Part shown: positions 27,111 through 39,949 of the stretch, piece after piece
Numbering within the stretch: position 1 is the stretch's first letter
Layout: every line of letters starts with the position of its first letter
Assembly (NCBI GenBank): GCA_905250055.1
Contig: CAJNOF010000004.1
Coordinates: 4,318,909-4,382,908, forward strand
Direction of reading: 5' to 3'
DNA length: 64,000 nucleotides
Source: Rotaria sp.
Lineage: Eukaryota
Notes under the pieces: generated by a model
Database searches by the model: none
What the model saw: the letters and a program-made list of their open reading frames with translations, nothing else
Told to the model about the DNA's origin: nothing
Translations under genes and position numbers: made by a program

Positions 27111-30100
27111 ATAGATGATGCCAGAGAAGAATAATATAGCAAATATTGGATAACAGATATTCACAACTTAGCCAGTTACACTGCCTTGCTTAGCAGCGAG
27201 GCGAGAACAAGGTTGTGAAAAATTTGGTGTGTTATCTCGTCTATATACGATGCAGTTGTTGCTGATTATATATCATACTAGATTAAGAAAAAAAAACAAG
27301 ATAATGAGGTCAAAATGAATAACTATGATTCATATAACTTCACCAGAAAGACAAGAATAAATTGTGATCCAATAAATGATTTAGTATATAGCTGTCATAA
27401 AATACATTTAAATTTTATCAAATTTCCAGTTTTTTCAAACTTCTGCTAAACGCGTCTGTCATCATAAGGGCACAATAGCGAAAAAAACAACATATAAAGA
27501 ACCACTATATGTATTTATTGTCGGCACCAAAATAAGTAGGGGTGCGTGAAAGATGAGTATCTCGACAATGGCAATAGTTAGTAATCTGAAGCATTCATCA
27601 TTTGAAAGAGGCACAATTGGAAAGTATTATTATATAGGATATCTAGAAATTCCTTAGCCGAAGAAAAATTTAAATATCTCCGTAATATTTTGATCTGATC
27701 AGTTGATATTTTTACCACTGATAAAGGAGTGTTCACAACTCATATTGACAGAAGAAGCATTGACAAAACTTGTCTTGAAGCATTACAACTAACGCCAACA
27801 AAGATCTACAACCCTTCACGACTTATGAACAGAAAAACAATATGGCACGTGCGTCAACAAATTCATTTGATTTATTGCTGAAACTTCCTAAGCACAAAGA
27901 GTAAGAAGACATTCAGTTGCTCTATAAATTTGGGACCAAACAATACTAGTGTAGAAAAGTAATCAAGATCGTCGATATGTTGTTTATTCTTGCCTAGGGA
28001 GTAAATATGTTGTTTGCTTATAACCCGTGATAGGGAATAGTTCCTTGTCAAAGCCAATTGTGATGTTTCAAAACAAGTTTTGGCAACACGTCTTCTGTTA
28101 ATATGAGCTCTATGAACACTCCTCTATCAGTGGTAAAAATATTAGCCCCTTGACTCAAAACATTACGAAGACATTAAAAAATTTCTTGATGGTGCGAGTG
28201 TGCATTATTTTCATCTTTGAATGATAAAATCCTAAGGAGAAAATAACTAGCATTGTTGATAAATTATATTTTCATGAAAACTGCCTTCGTTTGCATTGAA
28301 AATCATTCAGACGAAAAATAAATCAAATACTAAAAAAGAAAAAAGTAGTTTAAGATCAATAAATATGCACTAAACTAAACACTATCAGAACACAATGTTT
28401 AACGAAAACAGTCCAAAAATTAAAGGGAAAAAAACATTTTTTTTTTTAATTGTAACGCGCATTTTTCTCTTAAGATTCATTTGAATGTAAGACGACATAA
28501 ATACATGACATCAGTCAACACATTAGAAATTCGGTTATTCATAAAACAATTTCAAATTGGTTTCCCAATTTTAATTGATTGTTTCGATTACAATCATTGA
28601 CGATTTCATTTTTAGTAATTTCAATATGAGCTGCTAATTTGTTTTTAGATACAATAGATATTTCTAGATTGATAATTTTCTTAATCTATGAGCTAGATGA
28701 ATCAATTAATAGTCATTGTGACGAGTATGTGGCCTAGTAACTTCTGTAAAATTGATAAATAGGGGTCGATGCGATTCTAATTGAAATCAAATGAGCGAAA
28801 GAACTGTTCCAACAGTACATTTTTCGAAACTGAGCTTATTGATCTCTATTCTCAAAGTTTGATATTTCTTCTGAATCTCATTCAACAATATCTCTTCGAG
28901 ATGAATTTAAACAAGAAAATTCACCTATTTAATCAATAAACATGTTGAATTTGTCATGATTTACAATCATTGAGTAGATTCATTTGATTTTGTAAATATT
29001 TTTAAAACTAACTTAATATGGAACTGTCACCAACTTCTGGGATACTGTTTGCTTGTTCAACAAAATTTTTATCATTTCGTGCTTATTCTTTTGTCTAGCA
29101 TTAGAATATTAAGTAAGAACTTTTGTTGATATGAAATGATCTTAAATAACCGATCACTCTGTAATGAATCCAAATCAGACTCGTAAGGATTGAATGAATA
29201 GCATTTTTTGTTTGAAATTTTATTCAATTTTGAAGTCCTTATGATATCATTAAGAATTCTTACAAAAAGCCGAATCTCTGGATTATAATTTTTTTTTTTT
29301 TTTTCTTAGAATAATGTCAATACATTAGAATAAAGCTGAATGTTTTGTGTCGTGAATGAAAAAAAAAATCGCTAATGAAATCTAGTCAATCATATTCGGC
29401 AAACGATTGATATAAGAATTTAACTTTCATCACATACATAAAATGAAGCTAAAAATCTTTGTTATCAAGCAAAACAATTACTACTTTAATGGAAAATCGA
29501 ATATATTAAAATACTTGATCTAAAGTTCACAATGATAAACGTAGTTTTTGAACATGAAATTTTGAACGTCGTTTGGTTTGTGATAAAACAGATCATATGT
29601 GACAAATATGTGATGATTGAATTCAAATGTTATCAAGTTTTAATGAATTTTGTGATATATTTGGTTTAGAAATGAAAACTGCTACAGATGAAGTACAATT
29701 GGTCTATCAACTACTTAAACATGTATTGGATTTTAAAAAATATTCTGTTTTATATCATTTTAATACATTTAATCGTTCAAATTCTTAACAGTGGCATTCA
29801 TTTATTGTACTATTATTTTACAATGTTGGAAAACAATTATGGGATATTTGATTGTTTTGATTATATACAAAGATAATTCAATCATATTTAAAGTAAATAT
29901 CGAATTTTCTTTTGTTTTTCTTATGTAAGGTGTCGGAAATGCAAAATTTGAGCAAAATATTTTGCTGTCATGATTTGATAGAGTTCCTTGAGTTGACTAT
30001 AAAAATTTTCATTTTGACATACTCAGACGATATTTCTTTTGCCACGAAACTTAAGAAAATCAAAAAAGCCTCTCAATATTTAAATACTCCAAAAGCATCA

Positions 30101-32405
30101 CGTCGTATTAGCTTTGACGTTGATCCGAATATTTTTTTTTTATTTGACTCGTCATATGGGTAGGACAAAAAAAGATACATGTTTTTTGCGAAAGAAGAAA
30201 ACCATTGTTTCAAGTGAAATTTTTGGAAATATGATTCTTAGAAACCAAGTTAAAGGTTAAAGGTGTAATAACATTGTATGGATAGGCAGATGGATTGATA
30301 TAGCGACGTAAGAATAAGAAAGAAAAGAAAACTTATTACCACTAATAAAAAGAGAGAGAAAATAGTAAAATTTATTCATTTCTTTCAGAATAATGTCGAC
30401 AATAATTGATTGTATAGAGTGAGATCGAAGTTCTTGAAAATTTTTCGAATTAAAAGCGAAAGTTTTTAGATAATGCTAGCTGAAAATTTAGAACGAGCTC
30501 AACGATAAAATTTTTCCAAAGCTCAATATGAATAACAAACAGCGATCCAAACAAAAGCTAAAGTTTCAATAAAAAAAGAAATAAAACAATATGTACAGGA
30601 ACATTAAAAACTTCAAGTAGTCATACTTCTCTGATCAAGAGGCTGACGCCGTATTTATATCCAGATGTGCAAATGATGGTAAGGGAAATTATATGCTACA
30701 TTACCATCTAGAACGAAGCTTTTTCAGAAGTTGATATTACTTATGACACAGACAAACATGAAGATATGGATGACCAAGAAAAATTATAACGATTAATTAA
30801 GGAAATATCAATAACGAAGCAAAAAAAAAAGAACAAAATACTAAATTATTTATTATGTTTGTATACCTCATAATTATTTTCCAGTATTGGTTTGACTTTT
30901 TCTCCAGAAAGATTTCATTGCAAAATATAAATTGAACATAGAACAGTATATGCTCAACTTTATGAGTGTGATGATCTACGAAAACATCTTCAAGACTATT
31001 TACAAATGGTTCTTGAAGAAATAGCTAAATATTTAATTTCATAGACGCGTGTTATTATCATCTCTGCCTCTCACCATTAATCAACAGCCAATCGGGCGTA
31101 CTTCTTTCTTGAAATATCTGGTACTCAACTACGTCACTCGATCTCATCTATCCTCATTATAAATACGTCAACTAATCTTTAATGCATTTATTTTATCATA
31201 TTTTTTATTTATATATTCTACCTGATCCTTATTGTCTAATGGAATTATACACAAAATTGAAGCCTATAATCGTTAAATCTATTGACTCATGCACAATTAG
31301 TAGGATGTTCGCAACAAAAAAGTATCATGGTAGCCTGCTTTTTAAACTGCTGCAACACATGCTCAACGCTTCTTACATCGCTTTATTAATAAGGCACAAA
31401 CAATATCATCTGAGCTTTTCGAATTTTATATTCGATCAAAGGCGATGCCGATGTGTCTACAGATTCACACCGAAGAAACACAATGTATTGACGCTCTACC
31501 TTGCGGTTGATTCAGTAGGTACATTCGAAACTGGATTAACTAGTACAATCATGCACGTTCTCATAAGTGTTACTTAGATCACTTATCTGCCTTGTTATCA
31601 ATATCCACTGATGCACAATAGTAACTACTATGTATCATGAGTGTTAGATTTGTTTTGAAACCGAGATTAAGGGTCTAGTTTCCTATAATCCTCTGGATAA
31701 TTGAACTTCAATGCAGCGCTAATAAAAAAAAATAAATGAAGAGAAGTCAAATATTTAATCAGGTGGCGTATCGATTTCAACATGGATAATGTAAAAACAC
31801 GTTTTCTATTTGAAATCCATTTGAAAAACAAGAAGATTTTTAAGAATATAAATTTATGGAACGTATTGCTCGATGAGCAGCAACTATTTAGTTTATTCTT
31901 GAAATGCTGCAAGTTTCCAAAAAAATGATTCACCTCAATTTATTGAAACACTTTTTGATCAGTTAGATCAATTATTTTTTCTTAAAAGTAAACCTGAGAT
32001 TTTTTTAAAATGACAAATCATAAACCATTTGAAGGCAAATTTAGGAAAAACGTTTCATGCATTTCAAACATAGGCTCCAGAAATTGCAGAACAAAGACAT
32101 CAAGGTAATCAACAACATGAAAAGATATAGTTATTCCAATTAAAAATATCAATTAGAATAATGTTCAATTAGAAGAACAACAGAAACGTTTACATCAAAA
32201 TAATTGAAATCTAGATGATTTAGATCCAGTTGAAGTCATAATATCATCACCAAGGGTAAAAAGTACTGATAAATGTTTATTTTACTTTTGATTTATTTTT
32301 GGAATAACAGAAATCTTTGGAATCACGTGATGAAGCCGCACAATGAACGTGTTCCACGATAAAACTATCTTAAGAATGGTTCAACGTAGCGAGTTGTCCT
32401 TTCCG

Positions 32406-32927
32406 CTATAGATAGTTTTTTCTAATATGCTTGGAAGCTGGGTTTGTAGAAAACTGTGGTTTTTCAGCTACAGGAGATAAAAAAAATGAGTTTTGCAAAA
32501 AAAAGTTAGAGGAAGAAGAACTTTCTAATATGATATGCGGAATCAGCATCGAAATGCGAACACTTTTAAAAAAAACTCAAGTCTCTAACACAGAATTTAA
32601 ATTGTGGAATTTGAAATAGTTCAACGTAGGTAGATGATAGAAAGCTGGGTCGAACGTCAATCGGTAGAGAATTCCAAATTGAATAAACATATGGTTGAGG
32701 CTCTATTTTTATTCACTTTTGAATTCTCCATCAATTGGTGTTCGAACTAGTTTTCTATCATCTGCCTACGTTGAACTATTTGAAATTTTACAATTTAAAT
32801 TCTGTGTTAGAGACTTGAGTTGTTTAAAAGTGTTCGCCTTTCGATGTTGATTCCGCATATCCTATTAAAAAGTTTTTCTAACTCTTAGTTTTTTTTCCAA
32901 AACTCATTTTTTTTTAACTATCTATAG
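32406..32927. mobile_element. About 520-bp palindromic foldback/MITE-like element
   Basis: The left arm (32406 to about 32660) and right arm (about 32745 to 32927) are reverse complements. Termini are ctatagatagtt...aactatctatag. The central loop is gtcaatcggtagagaattc...gaattctccatcaattggtg. The left arm carries a 60-bp insertion relative to the right. Confidence 0.7.
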
Positions 32928-33082
32928 GCAAAAAAACACGATTTTCTACAAACCGAACTTCGAAGCATTTTAGAGAAAACTTTCTCGAGACAAAAAGACA
33001 GAGTATGTCGAGAAACGTTAACAAACCCGAGGACAACTCAATACGTTCAGCCATTCTTGAAATAGTTTTCTTATGAAACACG

Positions 33083-34850
33083 CCTAGTAGTATGCTATAC
33101 ATATTTTGTCGCTTAAAACGTCACATACGTTGATTTGAAGACCTATCATAATTACTCTTCTGGAATTCAATATCAGTCAAGAAAGAATATTCACATTTTC
33201 TATTCAAACAAATGTATTTATTGCATCGAATTATGAGACATCATATGTTTCTCTTTCATACAGTATCATACTATTTTTGTTCCACCGATAGTCAAACAGT
33301 TTTTTTTCTCAAAATACATAATTATAAATATCAAATAAGCGTTTTTCAATAATTGTTTTCAAACAACTTCAACAATGTCCTACTGAAAATTTCAGAATTC
33401 TATTAACTAGCTCTTTTTGATGATATATTACATGCAATCATACTTTTGTTATTATATTGTTAAGTGCAATTATTCTTAGATGCAATTCTATACCATACGG
33501 AAGAAAAGTATTACGAAACAGTTTAGTTAATGCATATAAATTCTGTCTAATGTGATATCATTAACAATAAAATACAATACTCATATGAAAATACAACAGT
33601 CTTCTTGAAATTCACTTCATTTATATTCAACCTCTAGAGTAAGACTTCTTCATGCTTTTCTTGTTATTAAAAATGACATCAACTATTCTATATCAAATAT
33701 CTTATTCAGTAAAAGTTTAAGCAAATAATAAAATATAAGAAAAAAAAAACAAGTTAAAATATAGTTATCTAAATAACAATCAATGAGAGACATTTCAAGG
33801 ATTAGAGCTTAAACAAAACAAAAGATTAATCAATGTGGACTTCAGACTTGTAAAAATATGAAAAAAAAAACAACCAACTACATGCACACTATAGACATAA
33901 TTTTGATTGCAGCTATGATAAGTCCCTTTGAGTTGTTTATGATCAATACAATTTAATGCAAATGATATAAATAGAAATAAAGGTAAAGTAATGATTTTAT
34001 ATTTTTTTCATGTTTCTTGTCTAAAAAATACTTTTCGAATCAGATTGACAGTTACAATGTCAAATTAGATGATGTTTCATTTATAGTCGTATGATTCTTG
34101 AAAAAGCATGTTAACATCATCTAATTGACTGAGTGATTACTATCAAGAAATCTTATCAATGATAAACAAACAGAAATATTGCTGATAGAAATATCAGAGT
34201 CCTATAAATAAGAACATTCAATATACAATTTGGCAAAAAAAGATATCAACATTAGGGACTGAGCAGCAATATAACAACTGGCATAGATGAAATAACAAAG
34301 AAAAAAGTCAAATAAAGCAAATTAAAATAAAAGATAAGAGAATATACGCAATATTGACAGCTTTACATCCATCTCCATCTCCATCTTTTCAATATCAAAT
34401 ATAGTTTTCAATTGGCAAACATCAATTTTCATCATAAATTGAAAGATGCAAAGATTAATGTAATTGATTTATTCATTATCGAGACTTTTATCATCGACTA
34501 AATAAATCCCAAAAGTTTTGAATTCTTTCTATTAGTTTTTAGAAATCTAATTTAGTTTTTTAATCAAATGCACCGCATAAGTCTCTGAAGTAATGCATAC
34601 AATATCAAGTGTTTTGTATTATATTATTGATTAGAAAAAATTACTAAAAATGAATAGAATTTTTTCATTGTAAAAACGAGTAACACTTTTAAATAATAGA
34701 TCCCAGTATAAAATAGAGAAAGTTATGAATGACGAGAATTTGTGAACGAAATAGTTAGTAAGAATTAAAACTCTACCTATATGCGTCCAATGGATGTATG
34801 ATGGAATTCTATTATAGATGGTGCCATAGATGAGCAATACAAAAAGTTTT
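33083..34850. repeat. Direct repeat, copy B (about 1.75 kb; carries two 50-65 bp insertions relative to copy A)
   Basis: Same orientation as copy A, 7.58 kb downstream. Extra segments at about 33781-33840 and about 34545-34610. It ends about 450 bp before the 5S gene. Confidence 0.8.
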
Positions 34851-35298
34851 TGGTAAGTCAGTTAGTATTTTAAATGGAGGAAGGATTGATTACATGGATG
34901 TGGATTGTCTATAGAATAAGAACGCGAAAAACTAATGTTTGACAAGTATGTCAACTTATTGTATGATAATTTTAGAAGATTGGGTCAACGACCAAGGATT
35001 AAATAAGAATCATAGGAAGAAATTTTACTGATCATAGCCTAATAACTAAGTATATAATAGTGAAAAATAATCTGTATCTATTATATAATGATGATCAAGA
35101 ACATTACATTAACAGCGATATATAATAGCATAATATATGTGAAAATTACAGAATTTTTGAACAAATTTAAATATATAGAAATTTATTTCATATATAATTT
35201 TTTTTTTAATATTGGTCAAATTAATTAGAACGAAAAAATATTATGAATTTTAAAATTAATTAAAATGTATAACATCAAAAAACCATTGTATATGAAAT

Positions 35299-35416
35299 GC
35301 TTACGGCCATACCACGTTGAATACACCAGTTCTCGTCCGATCACTGAAGTTAAGCAACGTCGGGCTCGGTTAGTACTTGGATGGGTGACCGCCTGGGAAT
35401 ACCGAGTGTCGTAAGC
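35299..35416 (+). rRNA. 5S ribosomal RNA gene (118 nt), followed by a TTTTT Pol III terminator at 35417-35421
   Basis: Sequence gcttacggccataccacgttgaatacaccagttctcgtccgatcactgaagttaagcaacgtcgggctcggttagtacttggatgggtgaccgcctgggaataccgagtgtcgtaagc matches the universal metazoan 5S consensus (GCCATACCAC..GTTAAGC..GGGAATACC) and ends in a T-run. Confidence 0.9.
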
Positions 35417-37781
35417 TTTTTGTTTTCTCTTTTTTTCTCCTTGAATTCGTTTATCAACCAAACATTTTCATAGTGATAAAATCTTGTTTTCTTTTTTTTT
35501 TAAATTTTTTCTTTATTTATGAAGTCATATGTAAATAGTTACTTGTAATTGGTAGACATTTATGATATTTCTTCAAATAGGCATGAAAAAAATAAAACAC
35601 TGTATATCAAAAAGTGTTGAAAACAATAGAGGTTAAAAATATATATCTTATCTTAATTACAGTACACACATTTTTTCTGCTTTTATAAACACAATAGATA
35701 GATTTTTCTCCTGTTGATAGACGCCTACATTATGGATCATTAAGTCAACGAAGAACAGTAGTTGTCGTCATATATATATTTTTATATGTAATTTTTATTA
35801 AGGACGAAATTACAATGAGAACAATATTACTGATAAATCTACAACAGTAAATTGTTATGTAGACAGTAAGTATCAGTAGATCTAAAAATAACTCTCTAAT
35901 TACCTAATAAAATTCGATATGTTGTAGAATTGCTTATAGAAAATATTTTGAATTAGTTTGTCATGACGACTTCATTGGAAATCATGCACACATACTTTCA
36001 AATAAAATAATAATTATACATTGAGAAAGTATCTCAGAAGATATTGATCAATATTATTAACTGTCTACTCATAAAATGGCTTATATCAAATAATGATTAG
36101 CATATATTTGAATTTTACTGATATCTATTTCTTATTTTATATTACAAGTTTCATCCTTGTCTTTTGTTTAATCTGATTAAAACTATTATTTCTCGTCAAC
36201 AGAGATATGAGACAAGAAAAATCTTCTGAGAACTCAAAATGTGCAGAAACAGTTTTTTTCAACAGAGAAGAGCAAAATATTTTTTAATGTTCTACGATTT
36301 TAGTTGGAAAGAAAAACAAAACGATTTTTACTGAGAAAAAATGAAATTTTTCGCACAGTGGGAATAAGAGAGGGAGTATGACGCACATCCCTGTTGCCCA
36401 CGCTCCTGCTTGTCAATCATAGTATATAAGTTATAGCATGTGCATAACAGAGGTCATTTAGCTCATTATTTATTAATGATTTGATTATATTGAATTTATG
36501 GAAAATGAAAAAACATTCTCATCATCAATCTATTATTATTATTGTTATTATAAATATAGAATAAGAAATATTCTATATAACAAATGCTAAATCGTTTTAT
36601 ATGTAATGTATGTCTTTAAAATGTTTTTTTTCATATACAAAATATTCATTACTGCTAATAACAGTGAACAGAACCTTTTGATTTTAAAAAGTAATCAAAC
36701 ATATTCTTTCTTTTACATTTTCGACGAATGACTTATAACAAATGTTCTAATTCAATTCTTGATGAGGTAAACAAAAAAAATTGACATTTTAAAAGCTATT
36801 TCTATATACATTTGTTGTAAATTATATGCTTGAATTCAAAATTCCATGTATAGCTTTGACGCTCTCACCTTTTTTTATTCCTATTTTCTTTTTTCTCTTT
36901 TTTTTTTTTATACTTTATTCTTTATGCTCCACGTTTCATTGCATAGTTTGTTGTAGAGAAATGGCAACTATTTCAGCAATTTGTTACTTGATACCATATT
37001 TTTCTTCATTCTTTTTTCTTTCACACTTCTTTCATGTGTCATAAAAGAATGTTGCTAGACTTTTCAAGGAACGAAAAACATAGAAATGAAAGTAGGAAGA
37101 ACAGACAAACACAATTCATGTTACTAAATAACAGTTATACAACAACACTACTACATTCATATAAACAGCTGATTTGAAATCTCTTTTGTTAGTATATTAG
37201 TAGTAGGTCATAAAAAGGAAGAAAAATATTTTTCAATTTTCTCGTTTTTTTATGGAACGAAGAGCAATATTGGTTTAGAGACTTCAAATATCAAATGTCA
37301 AAGAAAAAAAAATGTACTCGACAACGATGGGTGACAGATTGTGCACAAATATATAATCGAGTGTATTGCAAGAATCGATAAAGAGAATCAGAAGAAACAA
37401 AGAAAAACGATTAAGCTTTTATCAAACTCTAATATCATTATTTCAGATTGAAACATACATTATATATTTTTATACATTTTGAAGAACGAATATACAAATC
37501 AATTATTTCTTGCCTTCCTATTAGCTACTGCATGTTTGATTTTTCTCACAACGACGACAATAATAACAACAACAATAACAACAAAAACAGGTAATTATGT
37601 TTTTCACGTCATCATAAGAACGTCTTAGTTTTCTTTCTTATTTTCTTGTGATTATTTTCTTCTCTTTTCAAAATCATAATATATAAATAGACTTTGTTTT
37701 TTTTACTCATTGCACGTTCTTGTATTTGTTTTGTTTCAATATTGATTATGATTTATTTTGTCTATTATTAGTTCAATAACG

Positions 37782-38777
37782 ATGAAAACAGCTCACTTAT
37801 GTAATTATTCATATGAAGACATCGAAGAACTATTGAAGCGTGAAGGACTCGATCAACGATTTCAATTAAATTATGAATATGAAAAAAAACTTGGTTCAAC
37901 ATGTCAAGTTTATTATGCTCATGATTTATCACAAAAGGATCAACGACTTGTTGCACTGAAGTTTATACGTTCAGATTTTATTGATAGTTTTGTTTCATAT
38001 AATGATTTATTAAATTTACAACAAACAAAAAATTGTTTTTATAAACCTCAAAATGTTATTTATAATCGTCGTTTAAAAAATTTTGATAATTATATTCCTA
38101 TTGAACAATATATAGGTGAACTTGGACGTATATGTCCACATCTACCGATACCACGTTGTGTTGAAAATGGTGCAAAACATCTTCAAACATGTAATGTTTA
38201 TTTAATTGCATTTGAATATATTCATGGACGAACTGTTTGGGAAAATTTAGTTCGTACAAATTTTACATATTTAAATGAATATCAAGCACGTACATTTGTA
38301 CGATTATTTATTGAACAAATTTTAATACTATTAAAACATCATATTATTCATTGTGATTTAAATGGTTGTCAAAATTACTATTATAAAGCATATGATGAAA
38401 TAAATTCATCAAAACAAAACTATGAACAATGGTTATCAAATGAAGATGGTGAAGATGGATATTCAAGTATGAGTGGTGATAGTAGACAATCATCTATAGA
38501 CGATCTTGCTTCCGTATCATCTTCATCGCCATTAACATTTATTGATTTTGGTTGGGCAATATGTACAGCTGATCCGAATGATGATCGACATGAAACTCTA
38601 TTGCTTACACTTCAAAACTTATTCGAACGAGTCCCACGGATTATACAAATATTTGCTGGTCCTAATTATTGGGATTTTCGTCAAGCCATACAAAGTCGAA
38701 AACAAGGTCTAAAAGAATTACTCCATCATCCATGGTTAACAAAAAGTGATACAATATATGAAAACGATTCGTAAACA
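37782..38777 (+). CDS. Divergent protein kinase-like protein (probable pseudokinase), single exon, about 330 aa
   Basis: Kinase-fold landmarks: LVALKFIR (VAIK-like), IIHCDLNGCQN in place of HRDLKPEN (the catalytic-loop Lys is missing), IDFGWA (DFG) and a C-terminal HPWL. The Gly loop is degenerate (LGSTCQV). There is no APE motif and a Ser-rich insert follows the catalytic loop. The true ATG is at 37782 (the track start at 37758 is a TTG). Confidence 0.6.
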
Positions 38778-39949
38778 TCATGGTAATTATGTATATATTT
38801 ATATTATTTATTTATTTTGTCATACTCGCACATCAAACTGTGATAGAATGGGTCTTATTTCTCTTCGACCTGGTGATTTATTGTATTTTCTTTTCCTTGT
38901 GTTGCTTTTGCATTACTACAAATGCTTCTATGTAAAACCGCACACACATACACACACAGTGGCCTTTTTTTTTTGTTTTGCTACGTTTCTGATGTCTAGT
39001 CGTGAACTTGTCAGTTATATGTAATATAAAATAAAAAAGAATACCGACTACCACAAAAAGAATATGTTGCATCTGTTTTGAGTTATTGTATTGAAATCTA
39101 TCTGTTTGATTCTCATCAATCATTCATTTGGTTTGGTTTTGTTTCTTTGCTATTCAATATGTGAAATAAATACAACTGATATGGATGCATATTATATTGT
39201 TCTCGGAATAATTTTTCCAGTTATAGAATCGATTCATGCCTGAGAACTTCATAGGATGCATGACATGAAGAATAATATGGGAATCTTGCCAGATATGTAA
39301 CTCACATAATTAATCATGATCCGATGAGATTCTGACCTAGTTATGAAACTCATTGTCACGTTTCATTATCATCAATAGTAACCAAGCGAGTCTACGTCAT
39401 ACTAGCGATTAGTGCTTCAACAAAAAGATGATTTAGCTCAGCTCGATTGACATTTACTCAAAGACGAAGAACATGTTTATCACTAAGCTAAAGCGATAAT
39501 GTTATTTATTCGTTCTTATGAGAAACTCAGCAAAAAGCAACAAAAAGAAAAGTTATTCTTTCTCGTTGTCTATCTGTTTATATTGATTACATTTTGAATC
39601 GTATATCTTTATGTTTATTTTGCTCACATTATGGATCTTAAGCATCTTTTTTATTCTTCATTTCATTTCTGCTGGAAAACATATGATAAGGTTTATTAAC
39701 ATGATTGTTTTATCAATCGAGATTCTATGATGTTTAATATCGTACCTCTTTTACAAACAAGTTTAATAGCCTTGTGAAAAAAGTAATGAAAACATCATCC
39801 TGCAAATTAAGAAGGTTGACAAGGGACATTTTTTAGGTACTCCCTTTCGATTTCAATGATTTTTTTGCTTGTTAAACACTATATAATGTTGTAGCAAAAA
39901 TCTTAAAAGGATTTCAATTCCTATTAAGATTTGGCTATCATTTAAGTGG

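Noticed and set aside
25505-34850. LTR retrotransposon interpretation of the 1.6-kb direct repeats
   Set aside because: The 6-kb interior has no ORF longer than 131 aa and nothing resembling gag/RT/integrase motifs. A segmental duplication or a long non-autonomous repeat is more parsimonious. It is kept as a finding to test.
34840-34900. Possible SL RNA-like unit (gtttttggtaagtc ... attttaaatgg) near the 5S gene
   Set aside because: It has no match to known SL exons and no convincing Sm site (AATTTTGG). It is most likely chance.
35225-35461. 78-aa minus-strand ORF
   Set aside because: It overlaps the 5S rRNA gene completely. It is an artefact of the structured RNA sequence, not a protein gene.
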